From Promethearchaeota archaeon (lineage in GTDB: Archaea > Asgardarchaeota > Lokiarchaeia > Sigyniarchaeales > SOKP01): a stretch of DNA of 39,992 bases. The notes beneath the pieces are model-generated. The model worked only from the letters and a program-made list of their open reading frames with translations. It was not told where the DNA came from and did not search any database. Positions 10,720 to 19,476 of this stretch are shown here, in pieces. Every line of letters starts with the position of its first letter. Within the stretch, counting starts at the first letter, position 1. The stretch is taken from NCBI GenBank assembly GCA_016840085.1, contig JAEOTA010000021.1, forward strand, positions 1-39,992. Reading direction: 5' to 3'. Made by a program: the position numbers and the translations under genes.

Positions 10720-11445
10720 TTATCTTAGTAACTCTCTTATGTAGTAAGCTATATCTGATGGTGGTGTTACTACTATTTCGTCAGGAAGATTAGTTTCAAG
10801 TCGAAGTAAATAATCTCTCACTTCTATTGGACCAATATCGACTAAATATATCTCTTCTTCATTTTTACAATTGATAAAATCGTTAGATCCTCCATAACAA
10901 TATAAAGCAAAGATTCCTTGATTAATTTCAAATGTTTTAATAAAATCTTTAGGTAATGCTTCCTCTAAGATTTGCTTTTTTTCTGGATCCGATGTAGCCG
11001 CAATAAGTTCATTATTTTTCTCATATGTTGCTATGATACAAGCTCTAACATGTTTTAAATAAATTTTATTAATGGGATATCTAGTCATTGTCTTAAAACC
11101 ATGAGAACCTTCTAATTTAACTCCATAACCATTAAGACGATGTTTAAATATTATTTCTTCAATTTTAGATTCTAGCTGAGGTTTCTTGAAAGTGATAGTT
11201 GCTACAACATTTTCAAGGTTTTCTGGGAGGTTATTTAAACGTTCATGAGCCCTTTCCACGTAAACTTCAAGGTCTTCTTTGGAATCAACAACGGGAGTTG
11301 AAAATATACCTATTTTATCAACCATAATATGTGGTATTTTGACTCTTTTGGCTGTTATAATTTCGTTTCGAATTTCACGATGTGCAAAATCCATTTTTTC
11401 TATATCAGAGACCATATCCTCAACAATACTTTTTTCTATTAACAT
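10720..11445 (-). CDS. Hypothetical protein
   Basis: 241-aa ORF with GAGGAG RBS; last gene of a three-gene run. Confidence 0.65.
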   Translation of the reverse strand: MLIEKSIVEDMVSDIEKMDFAHREIRNEIITAKRVKIPHIMVDKIGIFSTPVVDSKEDLEVYVERAHERLNNLPENLENVVATITFKKPQLESKIEEIIFKHRLNGYGVKLEGSHGFKTMTRYPINKIYLKHVRACIIATYEKNNELIAATSDPEKKQILEEALPKDFIKTFEINQGIFALYCYGGSNDFINCKNEEEIYLVDIGPIEVRDYLLRLETNLPDEIVVTPPSDIAYYIRELLR

Positions 11446-11457
11446 TTTTTCATCTCC

Positions 11458-12429
11458 TCATGATTGATGTTCACTTGTAGTCATTCTAAACCATTCAAAG
11501 TCTTGAAAAAGCTTACAAAATTCCCAAATTTCACCTCCACACCTTTCAGATTCAGTCCAAAGAGTGAAACTCTTGTTCTTATGTCTACGAATAAATTTAA
11601 ATGTTACATTATACCAATAATTTGCTAGCATTGGACTAACGGTTGTCCTAAGTTCTGATTCCTCATCAGATTCGAATAAACTACAACAAATTCGTAACCA
11701 GATATCTGACTCCTCCTGTTGTGTGTAAGGCAATCCGATAAGATCAGGTAAATTTGTTGAATATTCATAGAAACAGTAATTACATAGGGGCCCTGGTTGA
11801 ATAAAGTCCCAAACATCTATATTTCTACGTACTTCGTAAAGATATGATCCACCCATAGCCTTTAAAACATACATATTGTCGGTATGCCAGAGAAAATTTT
11901 GACATGTGATAGTATAATCTTCATAATAAGGTATATAAGGAATAGTCCATTCACTTGGCCACCATTCTTGTGTATAAGTAATTTTACCATATAAAGAGTA
12001 TACACGCAAAACAGAAGTTTTTGTCTGTGCATAACCTTCTATCCTAACTCTCAATCCATCAATGTCACTTTTGCCATATATAAGATTATCCCATACAAAT
12101 GATTTCCATGAAGCCGTGCCACCAATAGCAACAGATTTCTCCCCAAGCCATTCACCATCTACATAAACATTTGCAAACAGTGTACAAGTTGATCCAAAAG
12201 ATTGAGCATATGTTTTCACTTCAATTTTCGTATAACATGCATCACTTGGACCAACATTTTGCATTTCATAAGTATCATATGCACTGCCAGTATAATAATC
12301 TGCCTGCACATAATTATTAATATTAGGTGAAATTTCATCAATTTCTGTGTAGTGTGTTTGTGCAGTTGAAACTAAGCCTTTATCTATATCTGCATTTGGT
12401 TTAACATTTGCTGTTTGTGTCTTACCCAT
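11458..12429 (-). CDS. Hypothetical beta-rich protein
   Basis: 323-aa ORF, aromatic/Thr-rich beta-strand pattern, overlapping upstream stop, GGTGA RBS. Confidence 0.65.
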   Translation of the reverse strand: MGKTQTANVKPNADIDKGLVSTAQTHYTEIDEISPNINNYVQADYYTGSAYDTYEMQNVGPSDACYTKIEVKTYAQSFGSTCTLFANVYVDGEWLGEKSVAIGGTASWKSFVWDNLIYGKSDIDGLRVRIEGYAQTKTSVLRVYSLYGKITYTQEWWPSEWTIPYIPYYEDYTITCQNFLWHTDNMYVLKAMGGSYLYEVRRNIDVWDFIQPGPLCNYCFYEYSTNLPDLIGLPYTQQEESDIWLRICCSLFESDEESELRTTVSPMLANYWYNVTFKFIRRHKNKSFTLWTESERCGGEIWEFCKLFQDFEWFRMTTSEHQS

Positions 12430-12991
12430 TTTTTTTCACCTTCACTATTGGTTGTTTATTTTCTCTTTCTACAAATTCAAGTCCTGCTTTATCGTACATT
12501 TTTAATACTCTATTTATATAAGCATCTACAACTTCTTGAGTTATTACTTCTTCTCCCCAAAACGCTTTAGATGATACTTCAATATATTCATCAGTACATG
12601 GATCAATATATCCCTCCATCTCTTCTTCTTTTAATATTTCAGCAATTTTTTCAGCATGTGAAAAAATAACCTTACTTTCGAATTCAGGACTCCATTTTTC
12701 TTTAGTAAAGTCCTTTAAAAAAGTGTACATCAAGAAAAAACGTCCTGTTGCTCTTTGAAACGCTAAAGTCTGTATAAAGTCTTGGGTTTCTTTCATATAT
12801 AACCGAAACGTACCACGTGTTTGAAATGCATTGACTAAACGACTTTCTTCCAAATCTTCTATTTCTAATTTTCTTAAGGTCGATAAAAATTCATCTATTC
12901 CTTTAAAATCATTTTTTTTAATTTCTTGCCACAAATTTAATACATCTCTAATGGACATTGATTTAATATATAATATATTAGAAATGGGCAA
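12422..12991 (-). CDS. Hypothetical protein (start possibly ATG 12959)
   Basis: 189-aa ORF directly downstream of palindromic element copy 2. Confidence 0.6.
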   Translation of the reverse strand: MPISNILYIKSMSIRDVLNLWQEIKKNDFKGIDEFLSTLRKLEIEDLEESRLVNAFQTRGTFRLYMKETQDFIQTLAFQRATGRFFLMYTFLKDFTKEKWSPEFESKVIFSHAEKIAEILKEEEMEGYIDPCTDEYIEVSSKAFWGEEVITQEVVDAYINRVLKMYDKAGLEFVERENKQPIVKVKKNG

Positions 12992-13007
12992 TATATTTAA
13001 ATTTTAT

Positions 13008-13040
13008 TACTATATCTGTATAGTAAATATATAGTATTTT
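13008..13040. promoter_or_regulatory. Palindromic 33-bp element, copy 2
   Basis: TACTATA-TCTG-TATAGTA followed by AATATATAGTATTTT, just downstream of the RHH gene. Confidence 0.65.
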
Positions 13041-13078
13041 ATAAATTAGGGATCTCCGCCAAGATTATCTATAATTCA

Positions 13079-13306
13079 TTACTTTTTAAATTTTTTTATG
13101 TCCTTTGGGGTATCTACTTCAGTGTCTTCTTGAGCTAATTGGGTCATTTGATAATTGAGCCGTATCAATTCTTTAGCAATTTTTCGCGTCCCATCAATAA
13201 CTGCCTCAGAATGAGAGCGATAGAAATCTTTACCGTATTTTAGTATCAGATTTATTAATCTTTCAGGAATCTGCACACTTCTATACTCTTTTTTTGCTTT
13301 TGTCAA
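13079..13306 (-). CDS. Ribbon-helix-helix (CopG/Arc/MetJ-like) DNA-binding protein
   Basis: YRSVQIPERL beta strand plus helix, then FYRSHSEAVIDGTRK, a typical archaeal RHH pattern. Confidence 0.7.
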   Translation of the reverse strand: MTKAKKEYRSVQIPERLINLILKYGKDFYRSHSEAVIDGTRKIAKELIRLNYQMTQLAQEDTEVDTPKDIKKFKK

Positions 13307-13320
13307 CGTTCAATTCAGCT

Positions 13321-13989
13321 CTATATTGTATACAATTTTAACCATCGTTGTAAAAAAATAATTCCTTCATTTAATAAGCAATTATGATTATGAGCAATAA
13401 TATCTTCGAATTTCTGAATGCTATATAGCTTATCTATTAATTGCGTATTTCGAAACAGAGAATCTCCTGTTGTTCGTATGGATTTCGGATGTAAAGAATA
13501 AACTGCTTCTGTTAACGACTCATATGGCTCTTTTTGAAGATTAATAATAGGGAGTATCTCAACAAATTTATAGGCCTTAAGATCATATCCTTGCACTTCT
13601 AAATACCGATATATCCTTAGAATTTCTTCTTTTTCATGAGTACTAAATGAGAAAAGTGTTACTTCTCGTGTCTGTTTTAAAATTTCTAAAATAGTTAAAT
13701 AAAGCATATCCTGATAACTGCTATTTTCAATATAAAAAGTAAATAGCACATCATGTAAGAACAACCCACCTAAAAAAGTTGGATTTCCCTCGAAATCAAT
13801 AATTCCAATACGATAGGTATCTGGTATGGGATTAAATAAACTCTCCTTGTTATATTGTATGGTTTTTTTTACATATTTTACGTTAGGATCTCGTGGAATA
13901 GCTTCTATATGGGTAATTACCGGCTTCACACGAAATTGATTAAATATACTCCTTATAAGGTTCCATTTTTGCAACTCATTTAATTCCAT
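13321..13989 (-). CDS. RNase H-like (YprB/RNase_H_2, DEDD-type) exonuclease-like protein
   Basis: IGIIDFEG (Exo I DxE), SLTEAV and IIAHNHNC correspond to degenerate Exo motifs. Confidence 0.5.
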   Translation of the reverse strand: MELNELQKWNLIRSIFNQFRVKPVITHIEAIPRDPNVKYVKKTIQYNKESLFNPIPDTYRIGIIDFEGNPTFLGGLFLHDVLFTFYIENSSYQDMLYLTILEILKQTREVTLFSFSTHEKEEILRIYRYLEVQGYDLKAYKFVEILPIINLQKEPYESLTEAVYSLHPKSIRTTGDSLFRNTQLIDKLYSIQKFEDIIAHNHNCLLNEGIIFLQRWLKLYTI

Positions 13990-13994
13990 TTTTC

Positions 13995-16289
13995 TTATGC
14001 CTCCTTTTTTGGTAATTCAAGATAGGCTCTTACAAATTTAACTGCTGATGAATACAATTTTATGACAAAATAAATAGCTTTTATCAACTGTTCTTCTTTG
14101 TTTTCTACTAACTCATACTCTACTTCTCCAATATAATATCGAACTAAATCGACAAGCAGAAACGAATTAGTATAGAATTCTTTTATGCTTGTAATTTGTT
14201 GTTCTGGAAGTGTTGAGATGTCTTCCAAAATAATATGGTGTAACAGCGTATCAATTGCAATATTAAAGATCTGTTTAGTTTGGTTGAGGAAATTCGTAAA
14301 TTCCATTTCACTTTTAAGCATAGTAACTATCTGATCTTCATTATCCTGGAAAAACACGTCTGATTTCAAATGCGAGAAAAATTCAATATAATATAGGGTA
14401 TTAAGCTTATGCCGAAACACCGGAAATTTAATTTTTGTATCTACTAAATGGAGTTTTAGCAGGGAGATGATGCAACCTATATTCTGAATATGGAGTCTAA
14501 TTCCCATATTGTTCAAAAATAAAAAAAAAGTATGCAGATCCTTTCCCTCACAATGAAATGCTTGATTTTCAATGTAGCTATAGAAGCTTTTTAACTCGTA
14601 AAACCGATACCAAAAGTTAAAGCTAGCCGGAGTTCTCTCTATTGCATGGATAGTGCCAAATCTCAAGAGGATTAACAATGAAGGATATAATTTATCAGGA
14701 CGTAAAAGATGTGTTATATGGTTACTATTTACCTGATATGGTTTTTGAAGGAAAAGCTCTACATTATCAGACTTAAATTTTTCTAGTACATTTTCTATTT
14801 TCGCCTCCTCAAGTAATTGAGTATAGGTTAAACATGGTTCTGAAAATTTCTTTTTTTCCACATTAAATATTGGAATGGAAATAAGTTTCGAGGTTGGATG
14901 TGGAGAAAATAGGCGAAATACACCCCTTCCCATAGAGCTGCAATCAAGCAATATTGCAAAAAGGTTTTTTACTTCAGGAGAAAGACAGTATAATTGATAA
15001 GGATGATTGATTCTTAGTTTATAGCGTAATTCTGGGGGTATTTTAATAGTACCCTTATAGACAGTATACAACAATAATGATTGGAGAAAAGATTTTGCAC
15101 ATTTGAACTTATCAGAAATACTACTTTTTGCTTCTTTTTTTAGGGTTCGAATACCTGGGACAATAGTAGAATCATATATTTCTGGAAAAGATACATAATT
15201 TTCAACATCAGTAATAGTATCTGGTTTCACAGAAAGTAATAAATGTATTCCCTTTGCGCCTGAAAATATAATTAAAAAACAAGGAAGATTAAAACCTAAT
15301 GCTGTTCTGGTAATTGCTTTTGCCGTATTAAGTGTTAACTCCCAAATAACTTGTGGGGTAAACATACTGTATAATACCGAAGGCACATCAATGTCGATTA
15401 AAAAATAGAGTAGTGAATCTTTAGTACTTTTGGTTGAGCAATAGATGCCAATTATATTATTTTCCTTAATAATCTTTGTAAATTTTTCATGTGGGGTGGT
15501 CTTTGTTATGGTGTGGTGAAATTTCATCTTTGTGCCACCAATTGACACTGTTCTTCTTTTTTGTGGAACTCTATCTTCTTTTGCAATATCTAGGGTAATT
15601 TCTGCATGAGTATCTGCGCCATTTGGAAAAATATAATTCTTAAATATTCTATAGTAGTATTTATGTCCTAAATAGTCATGAATTAAGTCTAGATCATCTA
15701 TAGAAACAAAATTTCTTACTTCATCTAAAGGCTTTTTTTCTAAACTAGTTTCTAAGAGTAATTGTGTTCTCGTCTTTCCTTTATACAAAATATATACTTT
15801 GAATGATATCTGTTCTGAAAACGCAAGTTCCTCGAGCTGAAATAATCTTACAATGCTGATGAGATCTATTATAGAAATTCTATCTGTACTACATTCTAAT
15901 TCTATGGTATTGATCTTTTTATCTTTTTCAGAAAGTTCTGAACTTGAAAAAGATACTGAATTTTTCAGTGTACTAAACTTACTTAAAGAGTAATGTAATT
16001 TTGTTATTAAGTTTTTGATGGCATTGGAAGTCATATCTGTTACTTTATCTATTAGAGCAGTAAGTTCATGGCTTTTAATTTGTCCTTGTTCATAGAATTC
16101 ATGAATCATTTCAGTATCAGGAGTAGTAATTGATAGTGTGATGTGTATCTTCTGAGCGATATTCCAGAGAAAGTTATCCTTTTCCTGTAATTTTGTTTTA
16201 AGCATTTCAACTTCTTCTAAAAAATCAAAATTACTGGTTTTTAGATCCTCTATTATATAATTGAGTTTGGTAGCATAATAAGTACTCAT
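13995..16289 (-). CDS. Archaeo-eukaryotic primase (AEP)/primase-polymerase-like protein with large N- and C-terminal extensions
   Basis: Motif I YFLIDID, motif II IFSGAKGIH, motif III LLD followed by VFRLFSPHPTSK. Confidence 0.75.
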   Translation of the reverse strand: MSTYYATKLNYIIEDLKTSNFDFLEEVEMLKTKLQEKDNFLWNIAQKIHITLSITTPDTEMIHEFYEQGQIKSHELTALIDKVTDMTSNAIKNLITKLHYSLSKFSTLKNSVSFSSSELSEKDKKINTIELECSTDRISIIDLISIVRLFQLEELAFSEQISFKVYILYKGKTRTQLLLETSLEKKPLDEVRNFVSIDDLDLIHDYLGHKYYYRIFKNYIFPNGADTHAEITLDIAKEDRVPQKRRTVSIGGTKMKFHHTITKTTPHEKFTKIIKENNIIGIYCSTKSTKDSLLYFLIDIDVPSVLYSMFTPQVIWELTLNTAKAITRTALGFNLPCFLIIFSGAKGIHLLLSVKPDTITDVENYVSFPEIYDSTIVPGIRTLKKEAKSSISDKFKCAKSFLQSLLLYTVYKGTIKIPPELRYKLRINHPYQLYCLSPEVKNLFAILLDCSSMGRGVFRLFSPHPTSKLISIPIFNVEKKKFSEPCLTYTQLLEEAKIENVLEKFKSDNVELFLQKPYQVNSNHITHLLRPDKLYPSLLILLRFGTIHAIERTPASFNFWYRFYELKSFYSYIENQAFHCEGKDLHTFFLFLNNMGIRLHIQNIGCIISLLKLHLVDTKIKFPVFRHKLNTLYYIEFFSHLKSDVFFQDNEDQIVTMLKSEMEFTNFLNQTKQIFNIAIDTLLHHIILEDISTLPEQQITSIKEFYTNSFLLVDLVRYYIGEVEYELVENKEEQLIKAIYFVIKLYSSAVKFVRAYLELPKKEA

Positions 16290-16290
16290 T

Positions 16291-17016
16291 TTACATCATT
16301 ACCTCTTCAGCAACATGTTCAATGATATTTGATATTAGAAACTTGTTTAGATCTTCTTGAAAGTCATTATCAACTAACACATTGAGATATTTGACCAAGA
16401 GTAACAGTCTGCAGAGGATGGACATGCCAAAATTTTTTAAGTTGAACTCAACTGAATCTTCCCTACTCTTTACAAGCTCCAAAAGTTTAGTATCTTTTAT
16501 TGTATCTTTAAACCCTTCAAAAGAATCTATAAATAATCGTTTGTCCTTCTTGTGAGAAAGCTTGGAGGTAATAGTAGTAGTGTCTTTTACTTTGACTGGT
16601 GTTATTTCTTGTTTTCTTTTATTTGTAGCAATTACCTTTTTAAAATCCTCTTCAGAATTGTGTTGCATCTCTAAAAAAGTAAATGAGCAGTCCAGATGAA
16701 TTTCTATTTTCCGTCCGTGTATGCAAAAAAACATAAGAGAAATAATATTTATCTGACACTCATCAGGATTGAGAAGTGAATCTACAGGAAATGAGAGTAT
16801 GAAATATTGGGTTCCCATAAATTCTAGATTATTCTTACGTATTCGATAGATTTCTTCTACGCATTTCTCCGGATCGGATATTAACCCGATCTTATATCTT
16901 ATTGTGGTATGTTTTACAAAATCAGAAGCTATGTTTTCAATCTCTGTAGCGTCCGTTTTGTAACAACATACCTTAATGTTCTTAAATGAACTAAATAATA
17001 TACTTACAATTTTCAT
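16291..17016 (-). CDS. Hypothetical protein, first gene of the AEP operon
   Basis: 241-aa ORF whose stop is 1 nt from the AEP start. Confidence 0.65.
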   Translation of the reverse strand: MKIVSILFSSFKNIKVCCYKTDATEIENIASDFVKHTTIRYKIGLISDPEKCVEEIYRIRKNNLEFMGTQYFILSFPVDSLLNPDECQINIISLMFFCIHGRKIEIHLDCSFTFLEMQHNSEEDFKKVIATNKRKQEITPVKVKDTTTITSKLSHKKDKRLFIDSFEGFKDTIKDTKLLELVKSREDSVEFNLKNFGMSILCRLLLLVKYLNVLVDNDFQEDLNKFLISNIIEHVAEEVMM

Positions 17017-17187
17017 TTTTCCGATTCTTAGCCAATTAAATTAAATACATCCCCTATTCTGATCTTAAGTTTATAAACTCCGAGACTTTGTGAAATTCAT
17101 ATTTTTTTAAATTCCTAACAAAATAAGAGGCGAAAGCAAAAAATAAAGAAATTTGAGATATATTAAATGAAACGTAAAGGAAAAGGA

Positions 17188-17259
17188 TGGGGGGTATTTC
17201 AATATTAAGAAATATTAATTCCGGCTAAGAATCGGATTACCATCCGAAAAATACCCCCC
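17188..17259 (-). ncRNA. Putative ~72-nt structured small RNA or leader
   Basis: Closing stem GGGGGGUAUUU/AAAUACCCCCC, internal hairpins UCGGAU-GGUA-AUCCGA and UAAUAUU-UCUU-AAUAUUG, upstream TTTTTATATA (17284-17275), downstream pyrimidine tract. Confidence 0.5.
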
Positions 17260-17470
17260 ATATATAGAAACAACTATATAAAAAGCTAACTTAATATTTC
17301 CTCCCGTTATAGTATTGAAGTTTATAATAAAATGGCGAATTTGAAATAAGTATATGTAAATGTTATATAATTATGATATAATTATACTATTAGTATTTAA
17401 AGTCCTATAGAAATCTAAATTAAAAATTTTCTACTAACATGTAAAACTTTGTGTAGTGTAAATTCTTACA

Positions 17471-18091
17471 CTAATTTGATAACTTTACAATGTCATCACA
17501 CATATCATCGATGTAAAATATGTTATTCTTTCCCACAACTTGTGTATATTTTTTAGAAAGGGCTTGCTCCCAACTATACACAAATACTTTCTTTCCCATT
17601 TTTATTACTCTTCTTACAGTGTCTACCAAATCTGAATCTCCACTTATTAGAGCTGCAATATCATACGCATCTTGCTCTGCCAAATTAATCATATCTTTAT
17701 GAATTTGCAGATCAATTAATCTTTGTCTCAGTGTTCCATTTGGACGTACCTGCAATTTAACGATCTCTGTGTGAAATCCTGCCGATTGCAGGTATCTTAC
17801 AAATCTGAACTTTTTTCGATATTGTGTGGTATATTTCTTTCGAGGGATTCCTAAATACGCAATTGGAACAACTAAATGATAATTCTGAGCAATAATTTCT
17901 TTAAATTTTATATAATCGATACGAATATTATATGGTATTATGGGATGAAATAAATTGGCATGATCGAGAAAAATAATCATTCTATCTTTGATAATCCCTG
18001 ATTTTTCGATATAAAACTGAACTGAGTTGTCGAAATTGTCATTATCAAAATTATTAGTTTTTAAATTATTATATTCCACTACTATAACCAC
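17471..18091 (-). CDS. NYN domain (LabA/DUF88, PIN-like) protein; start probably ATG ~17980
   Basis: IFLDHANL, QRLID, ALISGDSD and FYIDD motifs. Confidence 0.85.
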   Translation of the reverse strand: MVIVVEYNNLKTNNFDNDNFDNSVQFYIEKSGIIKDRMIIFLDHANLFHPIIPYNIRIDYIKFKEIIAQNYHLVVPIAYLGIPRKKYTTQYRKKFRFVRYLQSAGFHTEIVKLQVRPNGTLRQRLIDLQIHKDMINLAEQDAYDIAALISGDSDLVDTVRRVIKMGKKVFVYSWEQALSKKYTQVVGKNNIFYIDDMCDDIVKLSN

Positions 18092-18550
18092 ATTTCTTGT
18101 CTTTTTTTGTGGGGTGTAATAGTTACGTTCGATTTAAAATTTAGATTTTCTTTCATAAAAAATAAAAGAGAGTGTAGGATTATAGAAAAATCACCTATAC
18201 ATTTAACGTCTGGCACACTTTTTGTGTATAGATTTAAAGTGTCGCAAATTTCCAGAAAAACAACTTGTGGTCCGAAAGTATCATAAATTAATTGGTTATA
18301 AGCTATTTAAACTCATAGCAATTTGGAATATCACGGATAAAACCTGGAGTTATAAGAAAATCTATAAATTTATATAAAATAAATAAGTAATCGGCATAAT
18401 AAAGGTATGAAGAGGTTTCCATGAAATTTAAACCCCTCTACCAGAATTTCAAATTTGGAAAATTATTATCTGAATTTTATAATGAAATGTTAAGATAAGT
18501 CAAAGAAGTTATAAATTTTTGCTGTTATAACAGGTGGTTTATTATTAAAT

Positions 18551-18757
18551 TTGAATAAAATTAATTGGCTAATTTACAACGCTATTAATCTAAACCTTGA
18601 CTCATTTACTATTAAAGTTAATCCAACAGACATGGAGCAATATAGAGAATATTTTTCAAAAGAATTCCCGAATGAATATGAAAATATGTTCTTTAAGTTT
18701 AATTTTATTGAAGGTCCTAATTCTAACGAATTTACAATCCAAATAAATAGAGTTTAA
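18551..18757 (+). CDS. Small hypothetical protein
   Basis: 68-aa ORF with protein-like composition. Confidence 0.35.
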   Translation: MNKINWLIYNAINLNLDSFTIKVNPTDMEQYREYFSKEFPNEYENMFFKFNFIEGPNSNEFTIQINRV

Positions 18758-18828
18758 ACAAAGAAGTAGCATATTATTAATTTTTAGATTTATTTATAAT
18801 TCTTCATTTTTTAATATATTCAGAGCCT

Positions 18829-19200
18829 CTATTTTGGTTTATATCCTGCTGTAGTTAAAGCACCCCTAAATAATTCTTTAAAACGATCATAATTTTTATC
18901 ATTAGGTTTGGGAATTAGTTGTCTATGGATGATATTAAAACCATCATTTTTAAGATTTTCATACAATACTTGATATAAATTCTCATCAATTATAATTACG
19001 GGAATTTCTTTTGAGATTAATTTTTCTAATTTAAATTTAAACGAATTTTCATATAAGAATAAAATGTCTTCTTCTTTGAAATTATACGTAATTAGAAATG
19101 GATTAAAATCTACTAGATAAAAACCATTTGTTTCAAAATCTTTAAGTATAGATTCTCTTTGTTCCGAAGTCTCATAAAATCTAGCACTAGGAAAAATAAA
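18829..19200 (-). pseudogene. Start-less 3' gene fragment (~125 codons)
   Basis: Open frame ...RFYETSEQRESILKDFETNGFYLVDFNPF...TAGYKPK* with no in-frame ATG/GTG start before the upstream stop. Confidence 0.5.
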
Positions 19201-19476
19201 AGAATTAGTACTCTTTCTGATGAGAAGTTACATAAATTAATTGACGATATTACCGAATTCAGAAATGAATTAAAAAGTCAGATTGAATCTGATAATAATA
19301 TAATAGAAAATCGTACACAATTTTTCGATTATAAACTCACATCTTTTAAGGCATGATTAGATAAATTTTTTAGTCAAGATTTGGATAATTATTGATAAGA
19401 AGTTAAAATTATTGTAATATTTTGATGGGATCAATAAAAAAAACCGACAGAATTACAAATAACAAGATGGTGCGTT

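Noticed and set aside
17188-17259. tRNA call for the 72-nt element ending in CCA
   Set aside because: No T-loop TTCRA or D-loop consensus, and the closing stem is longer than an acceptor stem
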